A stretch of DNA of 64,000 bases from Paramecium tetraurelia (lineage: Eukaryota): contig CT868043.1 in NCBI GenBank assembly GCA_000165425.1, forward strand, positions 1 through 64,000. Direction: 5' to 3'. Of this stretch, positions 40,338 to 53,915 are shown piece after piece (the stretch's first letter is position 1; every line of letters begins with the position of its first letter). The notes beneath the pieces were generated by a model, which was not told the origin of the DNA, made no database searches, and saw nothing but the letters and a program-made list of their open reading frames with translations. Both the position numbers and the translations under genes were made by a program.

Positions 40338-40374
40338 ATGTATTTATTTTAAATAAAAAAATATTAAAATCTTC

Positions 40375-42562
40375 ATGAAATTCATCATAGATGACATAGA
40401 AGTTATTTTCCCTTACAAGTTTCTGTATAAGGAATAATTAGAGTACATGTAGGCACTGAAATAAACCCTGGATGAAAAAGGACATGGAATTTTGGAAATG
40501 CCTACAGGAACAGGGAAGACAGTCTCATTGCTGGCATTCATTCTTGCCTATTTAGCACAAAGACCGAACACTATTAAAAAGCTGATTTATTGTACACGTA
40601 CAGTGGTGGAGATGGAAAAAACATTAGAGGAGGTCAGGTTAGTTATGAAGGCAAGAAAGGCGGAAGGTCTCAATGATAATTTTACTGCTGTCGGATTGAG
40701 TTCAAGAAGAAATCTGTGTATCAATCCAGATGTTGTCAATTAGAAAGATAGAGTGGATTCTGAATGCAGAAAGCGAACAGCTGAATGGGTTAAGAGGGGA
40801 TAAAGTGAAATATGTATATTTTATGACAATTTTGAGAAGTCTGCCAAGGATTTCATAGCCAATCTACCTAATGATGTTTATAGTTTAAGTGATTTGCGTA
40901 AGAATGGAGGGTTTTCAATGTAATGTCCTTACTATACGGCGAGAGAAATGGTCAAGAAGGCCAATATCGTTGTGTATAACTATCTGTATTTGATTGATCC
41001 AGGAATATCTTCATTATTGTCTAAGGATTACATCAAGGAGAGTGTGGTAGTCTTTGATGAAGCCCATAACATAGATGATGTGTGTATTGAAGCCTATACA
41101 GTGAGATTGAATAAACCAATATTGGCTGAAGCAATCAATAATCTCAAAGTTGTGGAGACACAAATTTAGAGTGAGACTAATGAGATTTAAAATAGGTTGA
41201 ATGAGGAATATAAGAAATTGATTAAGAATTTAGAGAAAAAACCTGAGGGAGAATTGAATCAATTGGTTATTCCTGGGTAAATTAGGAAAGCAAGGAACTT
41301 CATTGATTTTATGAAAAGAGTTATCAATTCGCTTAGGAAGAAATTAAAAGATAATTCAGAAGCACTAAAAACATCTCATGCTATTTTACATCATACCAAA
41401 AGCTTTACTGAAGAGATATAAAAGGAAGGGAAATCTAGACATTGATTCTCTCAAATAATGTGGAGAACGATTAAATCTACTACTAAACACTTTGCAAATT
41501 GCAGAAACTGATAAATTTAGACCACTTAGTACTGTTGCACAATTTGTTATGTTCTTAGTACAATATCAAGAAGGATTCAAAGTAATATTTCAATCTAATA
41601 ACTACGAAGGAACCTTAAATGAAAAATTAATGACCCTGGCATGTTTTGATAGTTCATTAGCCATGAAAAACATCTTCGCTTCATTTCAATCTGTCATCCT
41701 CACTTCAGGTACCATGTCACCTATTGATATTTATCCAAAAATCTTAGACTTTAAACCAGTCGTTGCTAAATCTATCGACATTGAATTAACACGTAACTCC
41801 ATTCAACCTATTATCGTTACTATGTCAGAAGATGGCACTGAATTGACTTCAGAATTTACATTCAGAAATAATGAGGATGTCTCTAGGAATTACGGTAATT
41901 TTTTGCTTGAATTGTCTGAAAATGTTCCTGATGGGCTCATTGTCTTCATGCCTTCTTATAGCAGAATGGAGGAATGGGCAAGGCAATGGCAAAAGGATAA
42001 GTATTTGGAATAAATTTCAAAAAATAAAGTATTACTTATAGAATCAAAGGATGTAAATGAGACATCATAAAAACTATAGTAATATCGTAAGTGTTGTGAT
42101 GTTGGTAGAGGAGCTGCATTATTTTCAATTGCAAGAGGTAAGATTGCAGAAGGTATAGATTTTGAGGGTCATTATGGAAGATGTGTTGCTGTGATAGGAT
42201 TTCCAGCCTTGAACAGTAAAGACACTTTGATTTTAGAGAGATGTAAATTTTTAGAAGAGAAATTTAAAATAACAAAAAATGATTTTATAGAATTTGATGC
42301 TATGAGATAAACATGCTAATGTTTGGGTAGAGTTCTAAGGGGTAAGCAGGATTATGGAATTATGATTATGGCAGACAAGAGATTTGCTTAGAAGAGTAAA
42401 TTATCAAAAATGCCAAGATGGATTTATAAATAATTAGACTAATCTAGATGCTTAAATATTACTAGTGAGACTGCCATCACTGTAGTTCGAGATTTCTTTA
42501 GATAGATGGCACAACCTTTTAAAATTGCTGATAATAGTTATTTTACATAAGACACATTGTGA
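40375..42562 (+). CDS. XPD: TFIIH helicase XPD/ERCC2/Rad3; apparent +1 frameshift near 41430
   Basis: LEMPTGTGKT; YCTRTVVEMEK; Fe-S cysteines (NLCIN, SECRK, CIFYD, CPYY); VFDEAHNID; ILTSGTMSP; ARGKIAEGIDF; QCLGRVLRGKQDYG. Confidence 0.95.
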
Positions 42563-42803
42563 TTATATATTTATAACAAAATTTATATTTGACAACAACA
42601 TTAAAATAAGTATATGATTACAAAACTAATTAAATTGTGCTAATTAATTGATCTAAGTAATAGATTGGAAATTTGGGTTAAACTGATAATTTTTGAATAG
42701 TGGTTGATGTTCTGAAAGTTTTTTATATAAGTCGCTGGTTAAAAATGAAATTATTTAATAATTAATTATTTTATTTATTCTTTGTTACATATAGAAAAAA
42801 CAC

Positions 42804-43855
42804 TCATTTGTATTTTCTAAAGTATTTGATAGTCCACTGAATACCTAATTGTTGTTGATCTGTTCTGGTTTCATTTCGATTTCTGTCGAATAAGTAGACT
42901 TATGAAAAACTTGTATTTGGAACATGCATTCTGTTGACTTGTTTGTAATTGTAGATGATATATTAGGATAATTCTTCATCAGAGATGAAATTGTCATTCT
43001 TCCTAGCCATTGCTATGAAAGCCATGGCCAATTCTTAAGAATATGTAATATGTTGGACATCATGAGTAGCCTTGGTGATCCATTCAAATGGGTGTTTCTC
43101 AGGATGGAATTGATATCCATAGATAGGGACTTCTCTGCCTTCACAAATAGCGATGTATTTCAAGTTGACTCCATCTCTGCCATAACCTGTGATTTTGAAG
43201 AATGCTCCCAAAGAGTAGGATTTTTCGTAGGTTTGTTGTACGACTCCCCAGTTATGTGAGTAATATGGACCATCTATGATATTAATAAGGTGTAATTACC
43301 AACATTCTTGAGGTACTCCAAGGTAGACTTGTCTATAGAATTCAACACATATGAATCTTCTTCAGGAACAATCTCAAGCAACCTCTACCTACCTAAGTCA
43401 TCAGTCATTCTAGTCAAGACTTCATAGTAGGATGAAGCGATATAATTGATCAATTGAAAACCTTAGCATATTCCAAGTAAAGGATAGAATTTACCAGCCT
43501 TGTTAAATTGAATAACTTTTTAAAAAATAAAAGATGCTGTATCAGTAAATTTATTAAAAGTGAATCCTGGTTGTGTGTTGTTTAAGTACAAGTCAGCATC
43601 CCCTCCTGTAAACAGAACACCATTAATCTGGCTCAATATCACGGTGATCTCATCATAAGAACTATCCCAATGAATTGGAATCACTCTAGCCCCTGCCTAT
43701 TCAATCCACTTAACATAACTGGAAGGGAAATAGGAGTAGAGGGACTTATCATAGTCTTTCATATCAGAGGGATTGGTTAAGATGCCAATAGTTGGTTTGT
43801 TGTTGGCACAGATCACTGATGATATGAACAATGATGTAATGATAATTCTTAACAT
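42804..43855 (-). CDS. GGH: Gamma-glutamyl hydrolase (peptidase C26), with signal peptide
   Basis: PTIGILT; SYVKWIEQAGARVIPI; INGVLFTGG; catalytic GICQGFQ; YGYQFHPEKHPFEW. Confidence 0.92.
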
Positions 43856-43891
43856 TTTAATTATTTATTTATTTAATATTTATGATTTAAA

Positions 43892-44478
43892 TCAAATGTT
43901 GTATACGTCGTAACCGTGCAAGAAACGGGATCCTGGGATATCGAAATAAGGATAGGGATCCTTGGTTGCTCTGGTGTATTGATGAGCAGCTCTCTTCTTA
44001 AATGGAACCCTATGTTCTTAATTCATTTATCATACCACACATCCTTTTGGTGATAGATGTCGGTGATCTACTTGATGTAATCGGATCCGTGTTCAGCAAA
44101 CAATTCCTCGATCAAAATATTCCTCTTGTCTTCTGCAGCCAGATACCTGATATCTTGCATGGCTTAATAAAATGGCAATGATTTCCTCTGCATCTTTTTC
44201 AACTCTAATTCTTTGCGTCTAATTTATTTAACCACTCAATCATACCTGAATTGTCTTCTCACTTCCACTATATGCATTATGCCCCACACTTAGAATAACA
44301 CGCCAAATGCTAAGATTATTTTGCCTTTTCTCCCTGGGATTCTTCTCTTCTCTGGAAATAGCTTTGTTCTCAACTCAGATGTGTCTCCGATGGCCAAATG
44401 CAAAGGAGAATTGGCCTGATCGTATCTTCTCATGAATTGAGGCTTGAATAAATTAGCCTATCTGAAAATTTTGAGCAT
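43892..44478 (-). CDS. Complex I accessory subunit NDUFA13/GRIM-19-like
   Basis: Presequence-like N-terminus, RRIPGRKG followed by one TM helix, then RKSLPFYQAMQDIRYLAAE, which resembles the NDUFA13 P-x-LQAExDRxYL motif. Confidence 0.65.
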
Positions 44479-44498
44479 AATATTAATAATAATTAAAA

Positions 44499-46073
44499 TC
44501 ACAATTATGATGGTTTTTTAGAGAAATTGGACCTGTGAAAATGTTGCAGTCTATAACCCAAGGGAGAGTCTGCGAACTTACTTAAACTATCCCCGTTTTA
44601 TCTTTGACTCTAAGGCTCAGTTACCAACTTTTAATTATTGACAGGCGAATTTGAAATTAATCTTCTATTTTTCATTTGAATTTCCTCATAGCTATATTTA
44701 AATAGATACCTTGCCAAGATCCTTTGAAACATTGATCATTCTCAATTTCTTCATCACATCTTGCGGATTCATTGAATTACTTTTTCTTAATTGTTTCTTT
44801 GCGAAATTCGGAGAGTCTACCTACTGAATTATCTCTGGAATCATGTCTGTCGCATTTCTACTAGTATCTCCAGCGAACGAATTACTAGCCCTATCATTAT
44901 TCCACAATTTATTTAATCTGGTCTAAGATTTAATTATTAATTGACGAATCCTAAATCTATTTGAGGACCCCGACCCTTCAGATCCTATTATTGATATAAC
45001 ATCATTAGGTGATCCAGCCTCATTAATTTCATCAGTTTTCCCATGCATATCATTCGACATCACAACCAAATATTTCAAAAACACGAGCATTTTAATGTAC
45101 TTAGCTATTTTCTATTCTTTATTGACTTGACATTTTATTATTTCATTTAATGTTAATGGGATAGAGATATCTCCCTTGCCTGTAATCCAAGGATGTTCCA
45201 GACATTGATCAGCTGTTAAACGATGTTCTGGTAGATATGCAATAGTTCTCTCCAAAAAGTTTTTAGTGTATATGTCCTCATTAGATTAACTGTTCAGTGA
45301 AAAATTTTTAATTTTTTCAAAAAAAATTGCTTTACTATCTCCAATTTAATAAAATGGATGTTGTCCATTGTATAACATATTGTAAACTACAATTCCCAGT
45401 GCCCAAATGTCGACTGACTAAATTTAATAATTTAAGTGTTACTCTAGTATAATTTGCTTTTTTAATAACTTCAGGGGCTTAATACAATAAGGTTCCACAA
45501 TTCTTATTCATCAAACTATCCTCAACTCTATTGACTGAGGCTGATAAGCCAAAATCTATCAAGGTGACAACCAATTCTCCTTCTGAGACCCCTATCAAAA
45601 TATTTTACGGCTTAATGTCTCTATGAACTATGTTGTTCTTGTGTAAATAGCTCAAAGCTTTCAAAATCTCCTTTGTTATCATAATCACTTCACATCGCTG
45701 CAATTTTGGAATGTAATCTTCTAAAGTAACACCGTCTATCCGGTTCATAACTATGTAAAACTTTTGCTAGGTTTCGTAAAACTTAGTTTAAGGTATATTC
45801 CCATACATCAAGTATCTTAATTATATTTTAATGAGACAAGGATTGCAGCATGATCGCCTCCTGACGTACAACCTCCTCTTAATTCTTGCATTTAAACAAA
45901 GATTTTTCAACTATCTTAATGGCCACATTTATTCTTGTAACTTTATCAATAGCTGAGATAACCGTTGCAAAAGCTCCCTTCCCAATAATTTCTTTCGGGT
46001 CATATCTACTCAGTTCAGGAGAGTAATCACTTTCAAAGTTTATCACCTCTTTAAGTAATTAAAAATTAGACAT
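44499..46073 (-). CDS. Ser/Thr protein kinase (CAMK-like)
   Basis: IIGKGAFATV; VAIKI; HRDIKPQN; IDFGLS; CGTLLYQAPEV; VDIWALG; RLTADQCLEHPWI. Confidence 0.92.
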
Positions 46074-46125
46074 TAATATTGGATGATAAATCAAATTATG
46101 GTATATATACAGTATATATTTTTAC

Positions 46126-47762
46126 TCATTCGTTTAAAGACTTTTTCTAAATTGGAGGTTTGTTTGTTCTTATCCTATGACTAGCCAGCAACTCTTATTA
46201 TATGATAAGATTCTATCCTCTTGATACATGAGTTGTTCTCTTTATCTATTACCATTTATATACTGAATCTTACTTATTGAATAGTCTACTTATTGTTCTA
46301 GGATTGTCTGTTGTCGATAATGCCAGATTTTTGAAGAATAGAGGATTGATTCAAAGAATTATCAGCTGTCGTATTTGTAGTCTGAATTGACTTCACACTT
46401 CTTTCCAATGATCTTGGAAAATGAGGAAATAAAAATTTGGAAGGCTCCTTTGGTTGTTACAACTTTTACAATTGATCACAGGATGCCCTCTCCCTTCTTT
46501 AAGATTTCAGAGTAATCGATTAGATTTTGAATTACGAAACTCTATTTGATCCAATAGAAGCAGTATCAACATTGGATCCTTAGAGTGCATCCTACTTTAC
46601 TTATCTGAGCTTCTCATTAGTGTGAGAAATAGATTATTGTTTGATTTTTGGAATCTTTATTGTTCTAACAGGTTCTTTGGCTAATGGAGTTGAATAGTGT
46701 TTGAATTAATCAGCATTGGGACATAAGACTTTGAGTTGCTAGATGAATTGTAGTGCTTGGATCAAGGACTTGATTTTCTAAAAATTACAGTGACTTTTGA
46801 GTATTTCTATGAAAGTGAAAGGCTCATCAGAGTCTTATTTGCCTGTGATCCAAGGATGATCCAAACATTAGATAATGTTCAAACGATTCTCTGGCAAGAA
46901 AGCTACTGTTCTAATCAAGAAATTAATTGAGTTGTTATTCATCCCTGGTTGCCAATTCCATTTCATCCATTGGATCCTTTCACAATAAGATTCTTTGTCA
47001 TCAAACTATTAGTAAAATGGATGTTTGCCCTGAGTCAAGAGATTGAAAACCACAATGCCCATTGCCCATATATCCACACTCTTACTATATAAGGGAATGA
47101 TCATACTCTGTTATATTTCTTTTTCTAAATCATCTCTGGAGCCATGTACAAGAAGGTTCCACAATTGTCACTCATTATTCCAGATCCCTCCAAATAAGTC
47201 AATTAAGCCGAAAGACCGAAATCAATTAAAGTTACTCGAACATCCTCGCCCGTTTGAGAAATCATAATATTTTCTAATATAAAATTTATTCCACATACCT
47301 GGCTTAATGTCTCGATGTATAATATCCTTGGAATGCAAATACTTGATTGCCTATAACAATTGTTTCACTATGTTATGCACAGTCTAATCGTCTAACTTGT
47401 TTAATTGAAATTGTTCCAATGTAACTCCTGTGATGAGATCCATCATTATAAATAATTTACTTTTGGTCTCTTTACTCTACAATAACACAAAGCAATCATA
47501 CAAATGTAACTCTTACAATATTTTAATGATTCAATTAATTTAACAACTGAGCCTCCTTTCTTAACACATCTAATTGTAAAGTATTGAAATTTGACTTCTC
47601 AATAATTTTGAGAGCTGCCTTCTTATTCGTCATCAAATTCTGAATCTCAATCACTGTAGAAAACGCTCCCTTCCCCAGAATTCTCAAAGGCCTACAGTAT
47701 TAAGTAATGAAATTAGGTTGTCTCTCCTCTTAATCAATTAATAGTTCACTAAGTTTACTCAT
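46126..47762 (-). CDS. Ser/Thr protein kinase (CAMK-like), tandem paralog of the preceding gene
   Basis: ILGKGAFSTV; AALKI; IHRDIKP; IDFGLS; CGTFLYMAPEM; VDIWAMG; RLNIYQCLDHPWI. Confidence 0.92.
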
Positions 47763-48908
47763 TAAAAATAATATCAATCAATCAATTATTCAATTAATTC
47801 ATTGTAAAGCATTTGAACAAATTCATTCTGGTTTTATCTGATCCTTGGGGGTTGATCTATCACTCTCAATTTCAACAGATGTCGATATGTATTATAATCT
47901 AAATACATTTAAAGAAACTTCTGAGCGATTAAATTTATTTAAGGTTCTCATTTGTCTCCTTCTTCACAAGTGAACCCAATCTCTAAAGAAATGATGACCT
48001 CATAGTATTAACATTAGTGATTGATGATGAACTATAAATAAATATTGTTAAATATCCTCTTTATTCAGTAGATACTCTTTGCATTATGGAATAAGTAAAA
48101 TTCCAATTTTATTCTATTCACTTTACATTTAAGTTTTTTTACCTAGATAATTTACTCTAATTTAATTTTCATATAAATAACTCAGGCATTGTATTTGATA
48201 ATGGATTTACATATATTTTTAACTATAGCCTTACAAATTATTGCTTAGGAATCCATTTGGTGAAATATAATTAAAATATGAATCTGGTTAATATTAACCT
48301 TACGTTTCTTCAGTAAGTTTATACTACTTCTCTAAAGAATCTTTAATTATAATTCTGATTAAAAATTTGTTCTATTTTAAAGATCATAATATAAGATCAT
48401 AATATAAATATAATAAGATTAAATATTATTATATGAGTATTATTGTAATGCTCACTATAAAGTAAGAATTAAATCTATATTTTATTATAATTTAATCTAA
48501 ACTAGGAAATTTATAATAATTTGCTTTATTACAAAAGATGAAACACTAAACTGATTAAGCTTACATTATGGTGATCAATAATATATGGATTTGTATTACA
48601 TTTCCCATAATAACTATTTTAATTCATGTTTTTAAATTAAATACCGAATCATCTCATAAATTATTAAAAAGAATTAAAGCTGTATTCTAATTATACATTA
48701 ATTGACCAATAATCCATGATTGTGAAATTTATGTTAAATTTGAGTCTATTTATATTTCAATAATTTTAGTGAGTTTTTTCTATTACATATAATTTATTAT
48801 AAGAATCAATTTAACGATGTATGTTGTTTATTAATAGAAATAAAATAAGATAGTTGTTTATTGCAATTATGCATTAATTATATTAATATAAATTTTCAAG
48901 ACAGTGTA

Positions 48909-50345
48909 ATGAGTTTAAACGAGGAACCTGGAAGGAAGTAGCCAAAAATTGTTGAGGTTAAGTTTGAATCCGAAGAATTACGTAAGGACTTTATAAGAAA
49001 TACTGAAAAGGATTAAAAATATTCAGAATTTATTTAAGAAAAGTTTAAATAATATGCATTACCTGAAAGTTAGAAGTTAGAAGATTTGAAGATTTATCAT
49101 ATTGATATGGATATTGAGGAATCGAATAAATTATAACGTAAGAACTTTGTAAAATCAAAAAGTGATGTTGAGATTTAGAGGTAAAATGAGAAACCTTAAT
49201 ATCAAATGAATGAGGAATTCAAACAAATTTAAACAAGAACTAATTCAATAATAATAAAAGAAATTGTAAATTAAAGTTCTCAACGGGACAATATCGAAAT
49301 AAAAATTCATCAAAATATAAAAGAATAAGGCGAAAATGAATAATAATATATTACTATAAATATCAGTTTATCCTCTCCTAATAAAGGAGTGCAATAGCAA
49401 TCATCAGAATAGCATGAGATAATAGAATAATCAAGTTAGTAATCTTCTATTTAATTGACACAAAATGAAAATGCTGAGAGGTATAATAGGTATGATGAGA
49501 TTAGAGATAATGAAGGCAATATAAAAATGCAGTTAAAAAGATTTGAGTTAATAATATTTGAGAATGGTGTTCGAAAATAATAGAAAAAAAATGAAAATGT
49601 TGAAAAAGATTATTAATTCTCTGTGAATATTGAAAATCGAAAATTTGGTATGGAAAAACCAATCTCCTCATTTATTATTTATAATTAATAGATTGGAATA
49701 AATGATAGAAACATACTACTAAAATCAGATAGTTTTGTAACAAGTTCAATAATTAATGCTTATGCAAGTTACCTTTAAGCTAGGGATGAAAACTATTATT
49801 TTTCACTTAATAAGAATGAAAGAATAAAGCATAAAAGATTATTTATATTTAAATCAGATTTTCTAACTAATTGTAATTTAAATGAAAGGACAGCCTCCTT
49901 TGACAAGAAAGTAAAATATTTAATAATGGAGTATTTTTAAGACTTTAAAGTAATTTAGTATTAATTTTGGCTAATTTACAAAAAAATAGCTTTTATTGTT
50001 AATTCAAATAATATTCATTGGTATTTAGCGGTTTTGGACTTTTAAGATGGAATTTTGAAAATTTATGACTCCCAGCCTAAACAGCAATCTTACTACAATC
50101 AACTTAATACTTTATTGTCATAATAATTTTCATACTTATCCAAATAAGAAATTAAATTTACAACCGTTGTTTGCCCTACCTGGGTTAGATAGCAAGATCA
50201 TTATTCGTGTGGCTATCATACTTGTATAGCTCTAGAATATCTGAGTTAATATACAGCACAAAATTAATTATTAACTTTAGAAGAAATTAAAAAAATCTTA
50301 AGAAAATTACTGATAGTTGAAGAAATCTAAAAAAATCAACAGTGA
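48909..50345 (+). CDS. Ulp1/C48-family SUMO/ubiquitin-like protease with a long low-complexity N-terminus
   Basis: Intronless 479-codon ORF: VTSSIINAY; FIVNSNNIHWYLAVLD; IYDS; QQDHYSCGYHTC (His-Asp-Cys triad plus oxyanion Gln). Confidence 0.88.
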
Positions 50346-50409
50346 AATCAATGATTAATTTTATATTTATTATAAAGTTTTCAATAGGATTGATATATTT
50401 AAATGAAAT

Positions 50410-51174
50410 TCAGTTTTAGATATTTTGTGTCTATTTTTATTCATCACATTCTTCGCAATAAGAAACACTCTAATTATTAGTCTCAATATAAAAGAATGAG
50501 CATTATTCACTTTTTTTTTTCTAGCATATTTTAAATAATTTTTATTAATCCATTTGAATTATTTTGAGTTGATTTGTAAAATAATTTTTAATTAGATCTT
50601 TATCAGATATATATTCCCTAACTAATTTCATTCTTATTTATTTATTACATTGGCATTTTAAACTTGAGCCATTATTTTTTATTTAATTCTTTATTAATTC
50701 TAAAAAACATTCTTAATGAAGATGATGTAAGCATTCCAATTAAATATAGTCCTTCAAGATCACACTTTCACAATTATAACATCTATATGGTACTTATAGA
50801 GTGACAGATTAGAAAATGTCATCATTTTAGTCTTCTGCTAAAGGTGTAGGATTAACTGCGTTTATAATAATGGTACTATGTAAAATTTATTCCTATTGAT
50901 TTTTATCTTTTGCAATTTTTTCAACAGCAGGAATCTTTTCCTTCAATAAATCTTTAATATTGTAAATGTAATAATTTTTATTCTCTGTTTCGGAAAATTA
51001 TGATTTTTTTCGAATAATCTAGTCATAATCATTATCGATTATTATGACAAATTCATCTTCATCAATATTTAGTAAATTTTGAAATTTGGTATAAATGAAA
51101 TCATTCAATTTCACTTTCAAAGTTTGTGTTTAATTCCTATATGTATATTGAATTTCTGTATCATCATCACTCAT
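50410..51174 (-). CDS. RING-finger protein with a partial IBR-like Cys cluster
   Basis: 255-codon ORF: CYNC..LECLHHLHQEC..LKCQC, then ICQKKKSEQCSFFY..YCEEC. Confidence 0.7.
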
Positions 51175-51300
51175 TCTTATAGAATTTGCGGATTATATTA
51201 TTATAAATAATTATATATTGAGTTTAAGACTGAGAATTGAAGTATATAAATTAATATAAAAAGAAGTTCAAATATTAGTATGTAGTATAATTAATTGCAA

Positions 51301-51786
51301 TCAAATAAAACAACTTAATAATTCTTAACGAATTTCATATTTCTTTTTCTCAGATATTTTGTATTGTCTACTGATGTTAGAGACAATTTAATCTATGTTA
51401 GAATCTTCATATAAGTAGATTTTATTATTAGTATGAATTCCCTTATCATTTATGTTTAGATTAACTATTGCTATAGGGTTTTTGACATGTTGTTATAAAA
51501 ATTAAACTTATCCCGCCGCAAACTATTCCCAATCATCATCATTAGAAGTCTTCAATCTTCTTTCGACTGATAACTTTTTTCTTTAGGCTGCAATACTAGC
51601 ATATTTATTTGGTGATTATTATCGAATATTAGTAGATTTAGAAATTGTACATTATGAATTACTTGTATTAAAAGTAATATTTTCCTTCCTACTCTTAGAT
51701 GTAAGACTGAGAACGTTTGCATATTCAGAGAAATCTCTCATCTTTCTGTTGTCTTTATATAAGTGAAGATATTCACTTACTTTCAT
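51301..51786 (-). CDS. Hypothetical protein (161 aa)
   Basis: Uninterrupted ATG-to-TGA ORF: MKVSEYLHLY...KIYLYEDSNIDQIVSNISRQYKI...SCFI*. Confidence 0.65.
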
Positions 51787-51847
51787 TCGTTATTTATATA
51801 TATTGTGTAGAAAATATTATTGTTTAATGTACGAATTTATGAAAATA

Positions 51848-52576
51848 TCATCCATAGATTTTAATGGGCTTACCCATGGAAGTCTTGATGTGGAGCGTAC
51901 CAACATTCTACCATCCCTTTTTCAAGAGGGACACCAAGAAGTTGATGGTTGTACTCAAGTTTTATCTGAGTTAATCTTCGGACATTTCGTCAGTACCGAA
52001 GGCTGTACCAAGTGACAATGTGTTTTTCAATTGGAATCTGAATTGATTTTTAAAAAAAGATACTTGACTGAAGACTTGACTTCGTTGACTTTGCTGCTTA
52101 CTGATTCTGTTTCAGGGATGGCAATAGGGAATTTACCGATCTTGGTGAAGACATTACCAACAAGTCTTGGGATAACTTTCATGAGGGATTCTGAGGCAAT
52201 GAGGATGTCAAAAGGTTTGCACCACTTTTTGATTGGCTTCTTCTCTTTGTTGAACTTCTTCAGGCCGTCTTGATCGATCGCGGTGAGACCGAGGGCCTTG
52301 GCCTGATCTGAATCGATGAGAGGTAAATCGTACCGCAATGAGTTAAATTACCGATAACACCGATTTTGATGTTAGGGTAAGGAGCATGTAACAAACGTGT
52401 TGAGCCTTAGAAACGCTTGTCTTTCTAAACATCGTAATCTCTCAATTAGATTTACAACTCTGTGGTCTCCTTGAAGTTTCTCTTCTTTCTCTCTGTCAAC
52501 ATTTCATGGATGTATTTCTTCAATTATTCACCTTGGAGCTTGCTAAAGAAGGATTAAGAGAGATTTAATACCTCAT
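51848..52576 (-). CDS. RPL10A: 60S ribosomal protein L10a (uL1)
   Basis: [63 protein letters not shown]; three short introns. Confidence 0.97.
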
Positions 52577-53915
52577 TGCTAATTTTTTAAAAAAAATTTA
52601 AATAAAATAAAATCCATCTAATCAACTCTTTAATTCATCATTCTCACTATAAATTATATTAAATTATTATTATTTGAATTCTCAACGGGGTGTTCCCCTT
52701 GATTCTCCTTCTTCTCTCCTCAAACTACCAATGAATATGTACATAGTAACAGATTAGGAAAAATATCCAAGCTCAATTACAGGATTACACATATAATTAG
52801 TGTTCCATCTAATGAATATATTAAAATAAACAAAATTCTCATATGTTACCAGAAAGGATAAATATGGGTTAATTATTTTTAACTTGATATAATTATAATC
52901 ACAATTAAATATAATATATTAAATTATATGTTTCTTTAAACCTACTTCACTATTTCGTGATTATTTTATATAAAAAATATTATATTTACAAAAACATAAT
53001 AACTTAGAGTACTAAACAATTTGAAGATATTAGTTTTAATATAAATCGTTCCATTATTTACTTGAATTAAATATTACATTCAATAACTATTTTACTATAC
53101 CAAATTTTATTTAAGTAGAAGCTAATAAAACAATTTATCCATGTTATGCAACCTGGAGCAATTTAATCAAAAGTTGAACCATCTGTGGCTACACTACAAT
53201 ATGATTGTTTTTTTATATTCTAATAGTAGTAAGCACACACACGGTCTTCAAACAAAAAGTGATTTAATCAATCTCTATCTTGAGTCTTTGAAAGAGCCAA
53301 CTTCATAAACTTTTCTATTAGCATAGTAGAAATTATGAAAATTTGAATTAATTACACAATTTTTATTAATAATAACAGAATAAAGGTTTTGTAATATATT
53401 TGGATTAGTGATAAGGTTTGAATGATATAGAGTTAATATGCGTGCCTTTTGGAGACAGTTTATGTTTTGGAAATGAATATATAGTTTATAGATATTAAGA
53501 AAATGAAATAAAAGAAACTAGAAAATTGTAAATAAATGGAAAATAGATAAGAATACGAATTTCGCTTTAACTTAGGGGAATTTATGGTAAATCAAGCATA
53601 AAATTCAGCATTTCAGAAAATATGAAATGTCAGTTGAAATCATAGAATTTTCTCGAATTGAACTGGGTTTGTATTTGGTAATAATACAACAAGATCTACG
53701 TAAGTTTTGGTAGATATTCCAGTTTCTTAGGGAGAAAATGAGAAACATATAATGGTATTTGCAAATATTGAAAATATTTCCAAATTTAATTTAGATCTAT
53801 GCTGATTTGAGTAGTAAGTATTTATGATAAATTAGGAGTTCGTAGAAATGGATAAGCGTTGGTGTATTTAATGGAGTGGAAGATTATTTATTAGTGTTTT
53901 GATCAATCAAAGGAT

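Noticed and set aside
47790..48190. Small minus-strand gene upstream of the second kinase
   Set aside because: There is a short open stretch, but no consistent start, intron and stop model could be built.
48381..48406. 13-bp tandem duplication (agatcataatata x2)
   Set aside because: A single slippage-type duplication in AT-rich DNA with no further structure.
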